From NCBI RefSeq assembly GCF_036321535.1, contig NC_087437.1, positions 87,298,001 through 87,362,000 of the forward strand: a DNA stretch of 64,000 nucleotides, in the 5' to 3' direction. The first letter of the stretch is position 1. Each line of letters starts with the position of its first letter. This DNA is from Camelus dromedarius. Its lineage: Eukaryota. Below the pieces are notes generated by a model. That model searched no databases and had not been told where the DNA came from. It worked only from the letters and a program-made list of their open reading frames with translations. Positions 12,455-23,844 of this stretch are shown in pieces. The translations under genes and the position numbers were made by a program.

Positions 12455-12700
12455 GAATTGTCCACCTTGAGGAAACCTAGCCTATCTCCCGTTTGAGATG
12501 CTGAAAATGTCTTGTGTTCACTCTCCAATCCTCACTTGCAGCTAAATCATGGGCACAGTGTCTCACAGTGTCCCTGTCAGACATATGAAGCTGGTGCTTC
12601 TTTTGAAGTTAGCTGGACATAGAAGCAGGGAGCAGAGTGAGCTTTTTCTGATGAGACTAGTATGAGGAATGGCAGTTACAGCAAGCTTCCAGAATCAGCA
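12455..12700 (+). mobile_element. Old ERVL-class LTR fragment (LTR67/LTR33-like)
   Basis: 'gaggaaacctagcc...tgagatgctgaaa...cctcacttgcagcta...gggcac'. Confidence 0.4.
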
Positions 12701-12894
12701 GCATCAGCATCAGCATCAATATTATAATATTGCTATTTGATGTCCAGTAGAGGTGGACATAGTGGTCTATGCTGTGGTGTCTGTGCCTGGAGACAGCAAT
12801 ACAGAAATGTATTTTTAGCTTGTGTTGATATACTAGTTATAAAAATGCTGCACTTTTGTAAGTGGCACTTCTTTTCTTAAAGAAAAAAATAGCA

Positions 12895-13500
12895 TCTTTT
12901 AGTATGTGAAAAATTCTGTATGATCAAAGGGAGCAATTAACAGAGTGAAAAGACAATCTAAAGAATGAGAAAAAGTATTTACAAATCATATATCTGATAA
13001 GGGATTTATAACCAGAATATATAAGGAACTCCTATAAAGCATAACAACAACAAAAAGAGATAACATGATTTTAAAAAATGGACAAAGAAGTGGAACAGAC
13101 AGTTCTTCAAAGAAGACATACAGATGGCCAACAAGGCTATGAGAAATGCTCAACATCACTAATCATTAGGGAAATGCAATTCAAATGCCACAGTATAACC
13201 TTACACTCATTAAGATGGTCACTATCAAAAGAATAGAAAAGTCCTGGCAAGGTTGTGGAGAAATTGGAATACTTTTGCACTGTTGGGGAGAATGTAAAAT
13301 GGTACAGTTACTGTGGAAAACTGTATGTAGTTACCTCCAAAAATTACAAATAGAATTACCATTTGATTCAGCAAGCCCACTTCTGGGTATGTATCCAAAA
13401 GAATTCAAAGTATGATCTTGAAGAGATATTTCTATACCCATGTTCATTGCACCATTTTTCATATTAGCCAAGGGATGGAAGTAGGCCAAATATTTATCAA
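12895..13500 (+). mobile_element. Old L1 ORF2 C-terminal fragment
   Basis: ORF 13185-13415 reads LLHCWGECKMVQLLWK...IELPFDSASPLLGMYPKE, the L1 ORF2p C-terminal region. Confidence 0.9.
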
Positions 13501-13504
13501 TGGT

Positions 13505-13738
13505 AAGGATGGATAAATTGGGAGTTTGAGATTTGCAGATACTAACTACTGTATATAAAATAGTTAAACAACAAGTTTCTATTGTATAGCACAAGGAACT
13601 ATATTCAATATCTTGCAGTAACCTATAGTGACAAAGAATATGAAAAAGAACACATGTATGGTATATGTATGATTGAAACATGCTATACACAAGAAATTGA
13701 CACAACATTGTAAACTGACTATACTTCAATTAAAAAAA
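13505..13738 (+). mobile_element. Younger (camelid-type) L1 3' end
   Basis: 'gggagtttgagatttgcagatac...aaattgacacaacattgtaaactgactatacttcaattaaaaaaa' ending in an A tail. Confidence 0.85.
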
Positions 13739-13877
13739 GCATACAACAAAACTCACCAAGCCTTGATCTAAAAAAAAAAGATGTTATCTCTTCCTGTATT
13801 TCAGTGATATTCCTGTGCTGTCTGAATTTTTCCCACCTAAGTTCCTACTAAGTTTAGCTACATTTCCTTTATATAGT

Positions 13878-16800
13878 TCTTACGGCTTTATTGATATATA
13901 ATTCATCTGTTATACAATTTAACTTTTAAAATTGCTTAGTTTAGTGAGTTTTAGTATATTCACAGAGTTGTGTAACCATCATCACAATTTAATTTTAGAA
14001 CATTGTCATTATCTTAAAAAGAAATCTGCATGTTTGCAGTCACTTACCATCCCTGCCTCCATCACTCACCGCCCAGCCCTGGGCACCACTTAAACCACTA
14101 ATTTACTCTCCATCTCTACAGATTTGCCTACTCTAGACATTTCATGAAATGGCATCATATAATATGAGGTTATTTGTGGCTAACTTGTTTAAGTTCACAA
14201 AACATTTTCAAGGTTCATCGATATTGTACATGTATGAGTACTCCACAGAGTTGTTGGAGTACCATAATCTAATTTCAGAATAGTTTATCACCCCCAAAAG
14301 AAACCTTGTGCTTAGTTGTTATTCTTAATTCCTGACCCTCACTCCCGACTCTGGCAACCACTAATCTATTTTCTGTTTCTATAAATTTGCCAATTTGGGA
14401 CATTTCTTATAAATGGGATCAGATAATATGTGGTCCTTTTCACATGTAGTCTGTGGCTTTTTTCACTAAGCATAATGTTTTCAAGTTTCATATATGTTGT
14501 AGCATGTTATCAGTACTCCATTCCTTTTTATTGCCAAATAATATCCTGTTGGATGAATGTATCACATTTTATTTATACATTTTTCAGTTGATGAAGATTT
14601 GAGTTGTTTCCACTTTTTGGTTATAATGAGTGATGATGCTATGAGCATTCACACACATGTGTTTTGTGGATGTACTTGTCCATTTTTCTTGAGTATATAC
14701 CTAAGAGTCAAATTGCTGAGTCATATGATAACTCCATGTTTAACAGGTTCAGAAACTGTCACATTGTTTTCCAACACAGTGGCAGCGGTTTACACTCCTA
14801 CCAACAGTGTATGTTTCTCTATTTCCTCACCAGCACTGTGGTTATCATTTTGATTATAGCCATTCTAGTGAGCGGAAGTGGTATCTCATTATAGTTTTAA
14901 TTTGTGTTTCCTTATTGAATAATGATGTTGAGTATCTTATCATGTGTCTATTGGATATTTCTATATTGTCTTTGGAAAAATATCTTTTCAGATCCTTTGC
15001 CCATTTTTAAATTCACTTGTCTTTTTGAGTTGTTAATATTCTGGTCACAAAGCTCTTTACAGATACATGATTTGCAAATTTTTTTTTCTGATTCCATGAG
15101 TTTGAAGAAAAAAATTCTTCATTTTGGTAGAGTGCAAATAATTTATTTTTTCTTTGGTTGCTTGTGCTTTTGTTGTCATATAGTTTTAACACTTATATTT
15201 TGGTCTTGAATTAATTCTTGGTTATGGTATAAGGAAGGAGTTTGGCTTCATTCTTCTACATTTGGATACCTAGTTGTTCCTGCCCTATTGAAAAGATTAT
15301 TCTTTCCCCATTGAATTTTTGGCATACCTGTAGAAATCAATTAACCATAAATGTGTAAATGGTTATTTTTGGATTCTCAATCCTATTCTATTTATTTATG
15401 TGTCTGTCTTTATGCCAGTATCAATCTGTCTTGATCACAGTAGCTTTGTAGTAAGCTTAGAAATCAGAAAATGTGAGTCCTTTAAATTTGTTATTTTTCA
15501 AGACTGTATTGACTGTTTTGGGTGACTTGAATTTCCGTGTGTATTTTAGGATAAACTTGTCAATTTCCCTTTTAAAAAAGTAGTTGGAATTTTGATAGAG
15601 CTTGCATTGAATCTAAACCAATTTAGGAATTGACATCTTAACTATAATGTCTTACAATCTATAAACATGAGGTGTCTTTCTGTTAATTAGGTCTTTTTTA
15701 GTGTCTTTCAAAATGTTTTGTAGTTTTCATAGTATAAGTATTGCACTTATTTTGTTAAATTCCATTTTATTTTATTCTTTTTATGCTATTGTAAGAATTG
15801 TTTTTAAATTTCATTTGATGATTGTTCATTGCTAGTGTATAGAAGTGCAGTTAATTTTTGAATGTTGATACTGAATCCTACAACCTTGCCAAAGTAGTAA
15901 ATTTGTTGTAATAGTTTTTAAGAGATTTATTCAGGTTTTCTACATACAAGATCATATCATTTTCAAAAAGAGAGTTTTAAATTCCTTCTTTCCAATCTCT
16001 GTATGTATATAAGTATGTATTATATATTTATTATCTAATTGCTGTGTTAGAATCAAGTAAAATATTAAATAGAAGTGGTGAAAATGTATTTATTTGTCTT
16101 GTTTCTGATCTCAGAGAGAAAGCTTTCAATCTTTCACTAAGTATGATCTGTGGGCTTTTTATAGATTCTTTTTACTAGATTTGATCATTTTCCTTTTATT
16201 CCTAGCTTAAGTAACTTTATCAAGAAAAGGTTTTGGCTTTAAAAATTTCTGTCTGTTAAGATGATTATGTGGTTTTTATTCTTTGTTCTATTAATGTGGT
16301 TAATTACGTTAATTGACTATTGTATAGTAAACCAACTTTGCATTCCTAGGATAAATCCAACTTGGCTGTGGAATTTATAATTTATATGTAATTTTTTTAT
16401 ATGTTGCTGGATTTGGTTTGCTGGTATTTTGTTTATATTTTTGCATCTATATTCATAAAAGATATTGATCAGTAGTTTTCTATTTTACTTTTTTCGTGAT
16501 GTCTTTCTCTGACATTGGTCTTAGGGTGATACTGACCTCATAGCATGAATTGGGAAAGAAGAGAGAAGTAAAATGCAAGCATAGTGTCTTTTATGATTAC
16601 CTATATAATTATATTTACCAGCACTCTTTTTAAGTGTGTGTGGTTTTAAATTAAAGCTTAGTGTTACTTGTTTTCAGCCTGAAATACTTCATTACTACTC
16701 TTGTATGGTGGGTCTGCTAGCAAGAAATTGTCATTTTTAAAAAAATCTGGAGATGTTTTATTTCTACCTTCATTTTTTAAAGTGATTTTTGGAGGAAGTT

Positions 16801-18890
16801 TGCTGATTATGATTCTAGATTGACAGTTTTATTTTTTCTTTAAATATTTTGAATATGTTATACAACTGTCTCCTGACATTCATTGTTTTTGATGAGAAGT
16901 CAGCCTATTCTTTTTGGAGTTCCCTGGTGTATGACAAGTCTGTTCTGCTTTTAAGATTTCTCTCTTTATCCTTGACTTTGAGCATTTTGATCCCATTGTG
17001 TCTGCTGTAGATCTTTTTGTATTTATCTTACTAGATTTTATTGAGCTTTCTGGATGTGTATAATAATGGTTTTGATTAAATTTGGGAAGTTTCGGCCACT
17101 GTTTCTTGTATCTTTTTTCTACTTTTTCTCTTCTCATTTATGTAATTTTAATATGGATATATTGCTTTACTCAATAGTATCCTACATTCCTCTGAGGCCA
17201 AGTTCATTTTCCTTTATTCATTTTTTCTCTCTGTACTTCACATTTTATAATATTTGCCAATCTGTGTTCAAGTTAACTGATTTGCATTTCTACCAGCTTA
17301 AAAGTACTGTTGAGCATCTGATAAGTTCTTCATTTTGCTTATAGTACTTCTGAATTCCAGAATTTTTCTTTGTTTCTTCTTTTTTCAAGCAATTTCCATC
17401 TCTTGATGTTCACTATTTGATTAGATATTGTTATCATGTCTTCTTTAAATTCTTTAAGCATGTTTATTTTTATTTCTTTAAAATACCTTTGACAGCTGCT
17501 TTGAAATCTTTGTGTAAGTGTATCATCTGTGTACTTTCATAACAAATTTCTATTGCCTGCGTTTTTTCTTCTATATAGATTACATTTCTGTATACATTAC
17601 ATTTTAATGTTACTTTGCATGACTCAATTTCTTGCTGAAACTGTATATTTTAGGTAATATATTGTAGCAATTCTGTATCCTATTGCTCAGTCTTATTGTT
17701 TGCTTTTTTGTTTAGTGACTTGACTGGACTTACTCAGTGAAGTTTTTTTCTCTCATGATGTGCAGTCTCTGATGTTGCTCTTCAGAGGGTACAACCCTGG
17801 GTCTGTGTACAGTCTCCCCCTAACCTACACAAACATGAATGTGGTTTTAGTTGGACTCTGTCTTTTTACCTGATCTCCCTGTTAAGTTTGGATGTTCTGT
17901 CACTAGTGGAATCACATTCAGTTAGCGTCCACTAATGGCTAGCTGATTGATACATTGTTTTCAACCCTCTGGAGCAAAGGTAGACTCTAAACTTCTTCAG
18001 ATCAGTCTTTGAAACTTCTTTTAATCTAGATAGTTCTTCTTTTCCAGTTACCTCCCTCGATCTTATCGTTAAACTTCTGTCTGGTCTACATGTTGCTGTC
18101 ATGACAGTCTCTTTGTAATTGCTATGCACCAAGATCTCCATTGATTTTAACCATGCCCATGGACATAAATATTCCTCTTGTGTTTCAAGTAAAGTCAATC
18201 CCTTTATAGAGGGCTGTTTCACCTTCTGTTCTTGTAGAGATTGCACTTCCTCCTGTGCCACTTCTCCAGAGATGGAGTGACCTGATACTCTTTGAATAAC
18301 AACTTTACCCAAGATTGGGCACTGGAGAGATGGTTGTGTGTGATAGGTCTTCTTACTTTCCTTTACTGGCATGCAGCTTTCACCCCATGAACAAGCTGGG
18401 GTGGGGGGAATTCGGTCTCAGTATTCTTTGTCAGACACTCCTGGATTAGAATTTCCATTTGATAAGTGGGGACAGGGCAGAGGATGATAACTCTAGAACT
18501 CTTAGCTGTGTTTGCCTCAAGTAGATCTTCTGTAGTGTGGAGCTGTGTGGAGGGAGTGAGTAAAGGTTACAGCCTGTACTTTACAGAAAGTCATCACCTT
18601 AGACTGGGAGCTGGGAGAAGAGTGACAGAGTTCCATCTTCTTAGCTGCATCATCCCAGAGTAGAGCTTTTGCCAAATTAAGCTGAGGGAGAAGGAGAGGC
18701 TATGAGTGAAATGGCACAGACTAAGGTTGCATAGATTTTCTGGAATGAATGTTTCTCCATTTGCTGTTTGCAAATTCCCAGAGGACAATTCCCAAAGATT
18801 TTAAAGAGATTTAAAAAAATATTTTCATGAGTTATGGTTGGTTTGCTGGGAACAGTGTCCAGGGAGACCCTCACAGCAACATTCAATAAG
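13878..18890 (-). mobile_element. Old L1 (L1MB-like), 3'UTR to 5'UTR, with an internal ORF2 deletion
   Basis: L1MB-type 3'UTR; antisense ORF2 to ~16555; ORF1p-like peptide at 16880-17137 (KINTKRST...KREILKA); GC-richer 5'UTR-like segment 17600-18890. Confidence 0.85.
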
Positions 18891-19399
18891 TGTTTCTCAC
18901 CCTTTGTATATTTTTACCATCTGATAAGTTTATCTTATTATATTTTGGTATTTTCCAGTTTCATCACTTGCACATTTACTTTGGAGGGCAGATCCTGTGT
19001 TTGAGTTTTCACACTGCTCTTAGTGGTTGTTTGTGAAATAAATATTCCGTACTCTTCACATCCAATAGTCTGGCTAAACCTCCTTCCTTTCAGTACACAA
19101 TATTTCCTTCTAATTGTCCCCTGTGAACTATGTCTTCTTCTCACATTTCTTTCTTGTCTACTTTGACATGTCTCAAAATCCATTGTAGCTCTATGAATCA
19201 AAGTGATGGTTCTTAAAACTACTTTGTCTCCTCAATTAGTTCTGCTGCTCTACCTTATATTCTCTACAAGTTGTTTTGAACTATGTTTTGAAGTTGTATT
19301 GAAGTATGGTGACCTGAATTTCGAAATTACAGGTTTAAACCATATCATTGTGCAAGGGCAGAAATAGATTTACTATATGTTTCTAACAATATTTCTAAT

Positions 19400-19626
19400 G
19401 ATAAATATAGCTATCTTTTATTATACCTACTATGTGTTAAACACGTGCATTTTCCCACTTAATTCACACACAAAAACCTCTGCCAGTCACATACTGGAAA
19501 CATGGTTTTACAAATAAGGAAAATAGGAAAGAGATAATAAGTGATGTGCCAAATATCACACAGGTTAATTATATATTCCTGAATTGGAACTAGGAAATAA
19601 ATATTTTTTTTAAATTCCAAAGCCCA
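19400..19626 (-). mobile_element. MIR SINE
   Basis: 'cctactatgtg...ttttacaaataaggaaa...taagtgatgtgccaaatatcacacag...ttccaaagccca'. Confidence 0.65.
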
Positions 19627-22600
19627 CCTGATCATGTCTCACATTTAATTGACACTTTCAGTGTTAATAGCATATTAGGATCTTTTCAGGGACCAGATAG
19701 CAACGAATCTTATGCAGTATTAAGCTGGGAAATTTAACCTATTGCAAATGTTCTGATAAAGGAACTTAGCCCAAATGTGTAACTTTTTACTGCTCACAAT
19801 AATTAGTGTATAGTCATTTACTTAGAAAAAAATTAGCAGACCATAGGTATTTATTCATAGTATTCTGCATTAAATAAGGCAGGAGAGTAAAGTTACCGTT
19901 TTTTTCAGTCTATTTTTACCCCAAATCTGCCATGTTTATGGTCTCAGTTGATATCTTCTCTTTCACTATACACACTGAGACCTTGCTACATAGTTTACAG
20001 TAAGGAACCATTGTGATCTGAAATGCCAAACCCAACATCATATTTCTTGGCTCTAATATCATTAGACAGTCATATTTTTTGGTTGTGACAGCAAGGCTAT
20101 GACAGATGACACTTTGAGAGTGTTAGGGGGGAAAGCTCATATAGCACTTAATCAAATGGTTGCAATGTCTAAAAGGATTAAAGTCAAACAGGCTATGACT
20201 CATAAAATTATGTTTCCTATTATTATCCTAAAGCTGACAATGAAATACTGTCTATCTTAAATGTGTATGTATGTGTATGTTTTCCTATTCTTTTTCAGAA
20301 ATAATTCCACAGGACAAAAGCCAGTATGTTTTCCCCAGACAGATTGTATATGTAATTTAAAACTATGTATGTATGTATTTACATACTTTTTATGCTTTCT
20401 GAACACCTCAAATAGTTATCTTGATAAACAATATAGCAGCACTTTTTCCTAACTAGTGAGTAAATAGACTGTTGCATGACTTTACAAACACCACACACAC
20501 AAAATTAAGAAAAAAGATTTCAATAGTGTTAAAGTTCAGAGATATTTATTAATATATTTTTGAGTGTTGTCATCCTGCAAAGTGGACATGAGCAGTTAAA
20601 ATCTGAATTCATTACCTATTTGCCCTTTGTTGCTATTAAAAAAAATATATTGTCCACTTAACATGGCTTACCAAGGCAAACTTGGTAAGAAGCTTAAATG
20701 ACAATTGAGAAGTCTTCTAGCAAAGGAGGTTAGCATGTTTCCCTTCAAAATAAAATTTCCAAAACTCTGCCTGGCTCCCCTATAGGTATTTTCTCCCCAC
20801 ATCTTTTCTAAGAAAATATATTGTCAGTTTTTTGCCTTTTGTAATAATCCTGAATTTTCACACAGGCAAAACTATAGGCATGATTGAATATGATGGCTCC
20901 AAAGCCTCTCTTTCATTATTTCATTCTCTGTTATAATCTTCATAGTCTGTTTTAATGAAGATCTACTTGGGTTACAGAAATGCTACATTTTATGAATTTA
21001 ACTATGCAGCAATTTCATCTATTAGAAAGAAGTTAATGAAATAAAAAAAACAGTGAAAATAGACATTATAAACCTTGCATGATGATTAATACAATAATTA
21101 AGATACCTTGTTTCTACAAGGAGTATTATGATTTCCCATATTTCCAGTAAGATATAGTAGGCTCCTGGTTACTGCCTTCATGAAGTACGCCTGATTTTCA
21201 AGAATAGCTTTTGGCTTTGATCAAGAAATGCCTCTATTTGTACAGACAATAGATAAAATTAAATTCTATCTTACTAGCTTTTTGGCCCTGTATATTCAAC
21301 TATTTCATAATATCTCTCTTCACACCATTTCTGGGAAGCTGATGCTTTTGTGTAAAAGATCAAAAAGATAGGAACTCTTTGAGTTGGTCCACAGCTGGTT
21401 CATACTCCAATGTTTGTAAGTCTCAAATGAATCTAAATGAAGGCAAAACTGAATCCTCAGTCCAGTTCCATATCATCCTTGGTTTTCAAAAAGAGACTAA
21501 TACCTGGATTGTTACATGGATATTTCCGATTTTCAATGTTGTCTCAAATAATTTTTAAACTCTGTGATCAGGAAACACACACATATACACACCATCTAGG
21601 TCCTAACCAAGGCCTGCCCACAAGTCTGTGAAACTTTAGTTACTTTATTAACCCTGAGACATTTCCATTTGTGTACCTGGAAATTTAATTTTCAAGAGTG
21701 AGCATCTGGATTCTCACATCTGTATTCCATCTCACCCCATCGACTGTACTTTAATTTGGCTGTCATTGAGACATACTCAACTCAAACACTGACAATTATT
21801 AACACTTGGTTGGATAGATAGTAAAAAGGTTTATTTTTTGCTAAGTAAGGAAACCATGGTGAGTACACTTGTAGATTTTAAGTGTACTGTACAAAATCAA
21901 AATGCACATATTTTGTGTAATAAAATATTACCTTTTCCAAGCACATTTATATTTTTGAAATGCACATTAATCTTTGGCTCTGATGATCGCAAAAATATCT
22001 TTAATTTTTCTTAGTTGTGATCCTAGCTGTCACAGACTCCCAAAGGCTTTACTCTAGTGTTACTGAAACATGGAAATTGCTCAGCTACTGGGAGCATCTT
22101 TATATACCGAACAGAATATATGCAAGCATACAGCCTGCAAATGACATGAGATAAACAGTAGCAATCTAGAAGAAATTTCCTATAAATCTCTTAGATTTTC
22201 CGAACCTGTGGCTACTGACGAGTTATCAGTTTATGGTCTCCTGGGAAAAAGTTTTGGGTGTCAAAGAATAATTTTAAAATCTCTGCAAGTTTTTCCTTAA
22301 ACATTTAAGTGTAACACTTAAGGAAAACACTTATGTCACAGGTAAGACAGATTCACCACTATTTCTTTGGTTTAAGAATGTTACACTTCAAAGGTTTACA
22401 GTACCTTAGCATGCCGAATTTCCTTGGGCAATAGACCTCTCATGTACAATTGAAGTAACATTTAAAAATTGAGAGTTGACTATCAAACATACAATTAGCA
22501 TCTTTCAGAATTAGCTATCTTTAACAGTTGTATTATATAATATTTGCAAATGAGTTTGAAGATCTATAGAATACCATAAAACTTAGTTTGATCTTGATAC

Positions 22601-22834
22601 CCTAGGTGTTTATGGATATATTTTGAAACAACTATTTCCTTTTTATCTGAAAATACCATACTGAAGATCCAAAGACATGTCATTTTTCTCCATGATAAAA
22701 TAAGTTCAATGTCAGCATTTGAAACTGTTAGCATAGATATGTTGTTTTATGCACAACTAAACAGAAATGGTCTGAGAGGATTAAGAATGGATGAAAAAGA
22801 AATGACAATGGCATTTTCAAAACAAAAGTAGAAG

Positions 22835-23340
22835 GAAATAATACTAGTATTTCAAAGACGTATCTGTAGTCCTACGTTCATTGCAGCAGTATTCACAACA
22901 GTTAAGACATAGGGAAAAAAACCTGAATGGAAGATTGATGAACGGATATAGAAAATGTGATATGTACATACAATGGAATATTATTCAGCCTTAAATAGCG
23001 TATATCCTGCCATATGTAACAACTTGATGAACCTGGAGGACATTATGTTAAGTAAAATAAGCCAGTCACAGAAGAATAAATATCGCATTATTCCACTTAT
23101 ATGAAGTACCTAAAATAGTCAAAATCATAAAAGCATAAATTAGAGTAGTGGTTTCCAGGGAATGGAGGGAATGAGAAATGGAGAGTTGTTGATCAACAAG
23201 AAAAAAATTATGCAAGATGAGTAAGTTCTAGAGATCTGCTGTATAGCATTATGCTTAGTAAATTAACAATATTGTATTATGCACTTAAAAATTTGTTAAA
23301 TGGGTAGATCTCACGTTAAGTATTCTTACCACAATAATAA
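22835..23340 (+). mobile_element. L1 3' end (L1MA8/9-like)
   Basis: 'caatggaatattattcagcc', 'acctggaggacattatg', 'gatgagtaagttctagagatctgctgta', 'gggtagatctcacgttaagtattcttaccac'. Confidence 0.9.
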
Positions 23341-23844
23341 GAAGACAAATTAGTTTTGCATTTCAGCAAAGAGAATTTCAAAAAAACTAAGGTGGAATGT
23401 TAAGTAGCTAAAAACACACATCAACAATGTTTTTATTTTATTGTTGCATTTTTCATTACTAAATGGTCTATATATTTATAAATTTAAACATTATTAGAAT
23501 CCAAAAACTCACAGTAATTCCAAACTGAAAAGATTTTTAACTGTCATTTTATTTATCCTGTCTGAAGTCCCCAAAAGATAAGCATATTTTGGTTTACTGT
23601 CAGCAGAAGAAAATAAATTTGAACCTATATATTTTAAGTCCAGGTTCTTTTATATTTTAATATGGCCTTAGTATAATATAACATTTAAAATTATTTTAAT
23701 ACGAGAAGAACTAACAGAGGACAGCATTTCGGCTACTCTCTAGGTGTAATATTTTGATTCTTTATTAAAGATCTGCCAGTTTTTTTTCCTCCTTTTCATG
23801 CTACAAAAATGTCCATTTCAATGCTTTTTTCAGATAATTTTATT

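Noticed and set aside
17932..18372. 146-aa minus-strand ORF
   Set aside because: It lies in the old L1 5'UTR-like region and has no recognisable domain.
22195..22340. 146-nt exon ending at CAG/GTAAGA
   Set aside because: Stop codons in all three frames and a weak acceptor.
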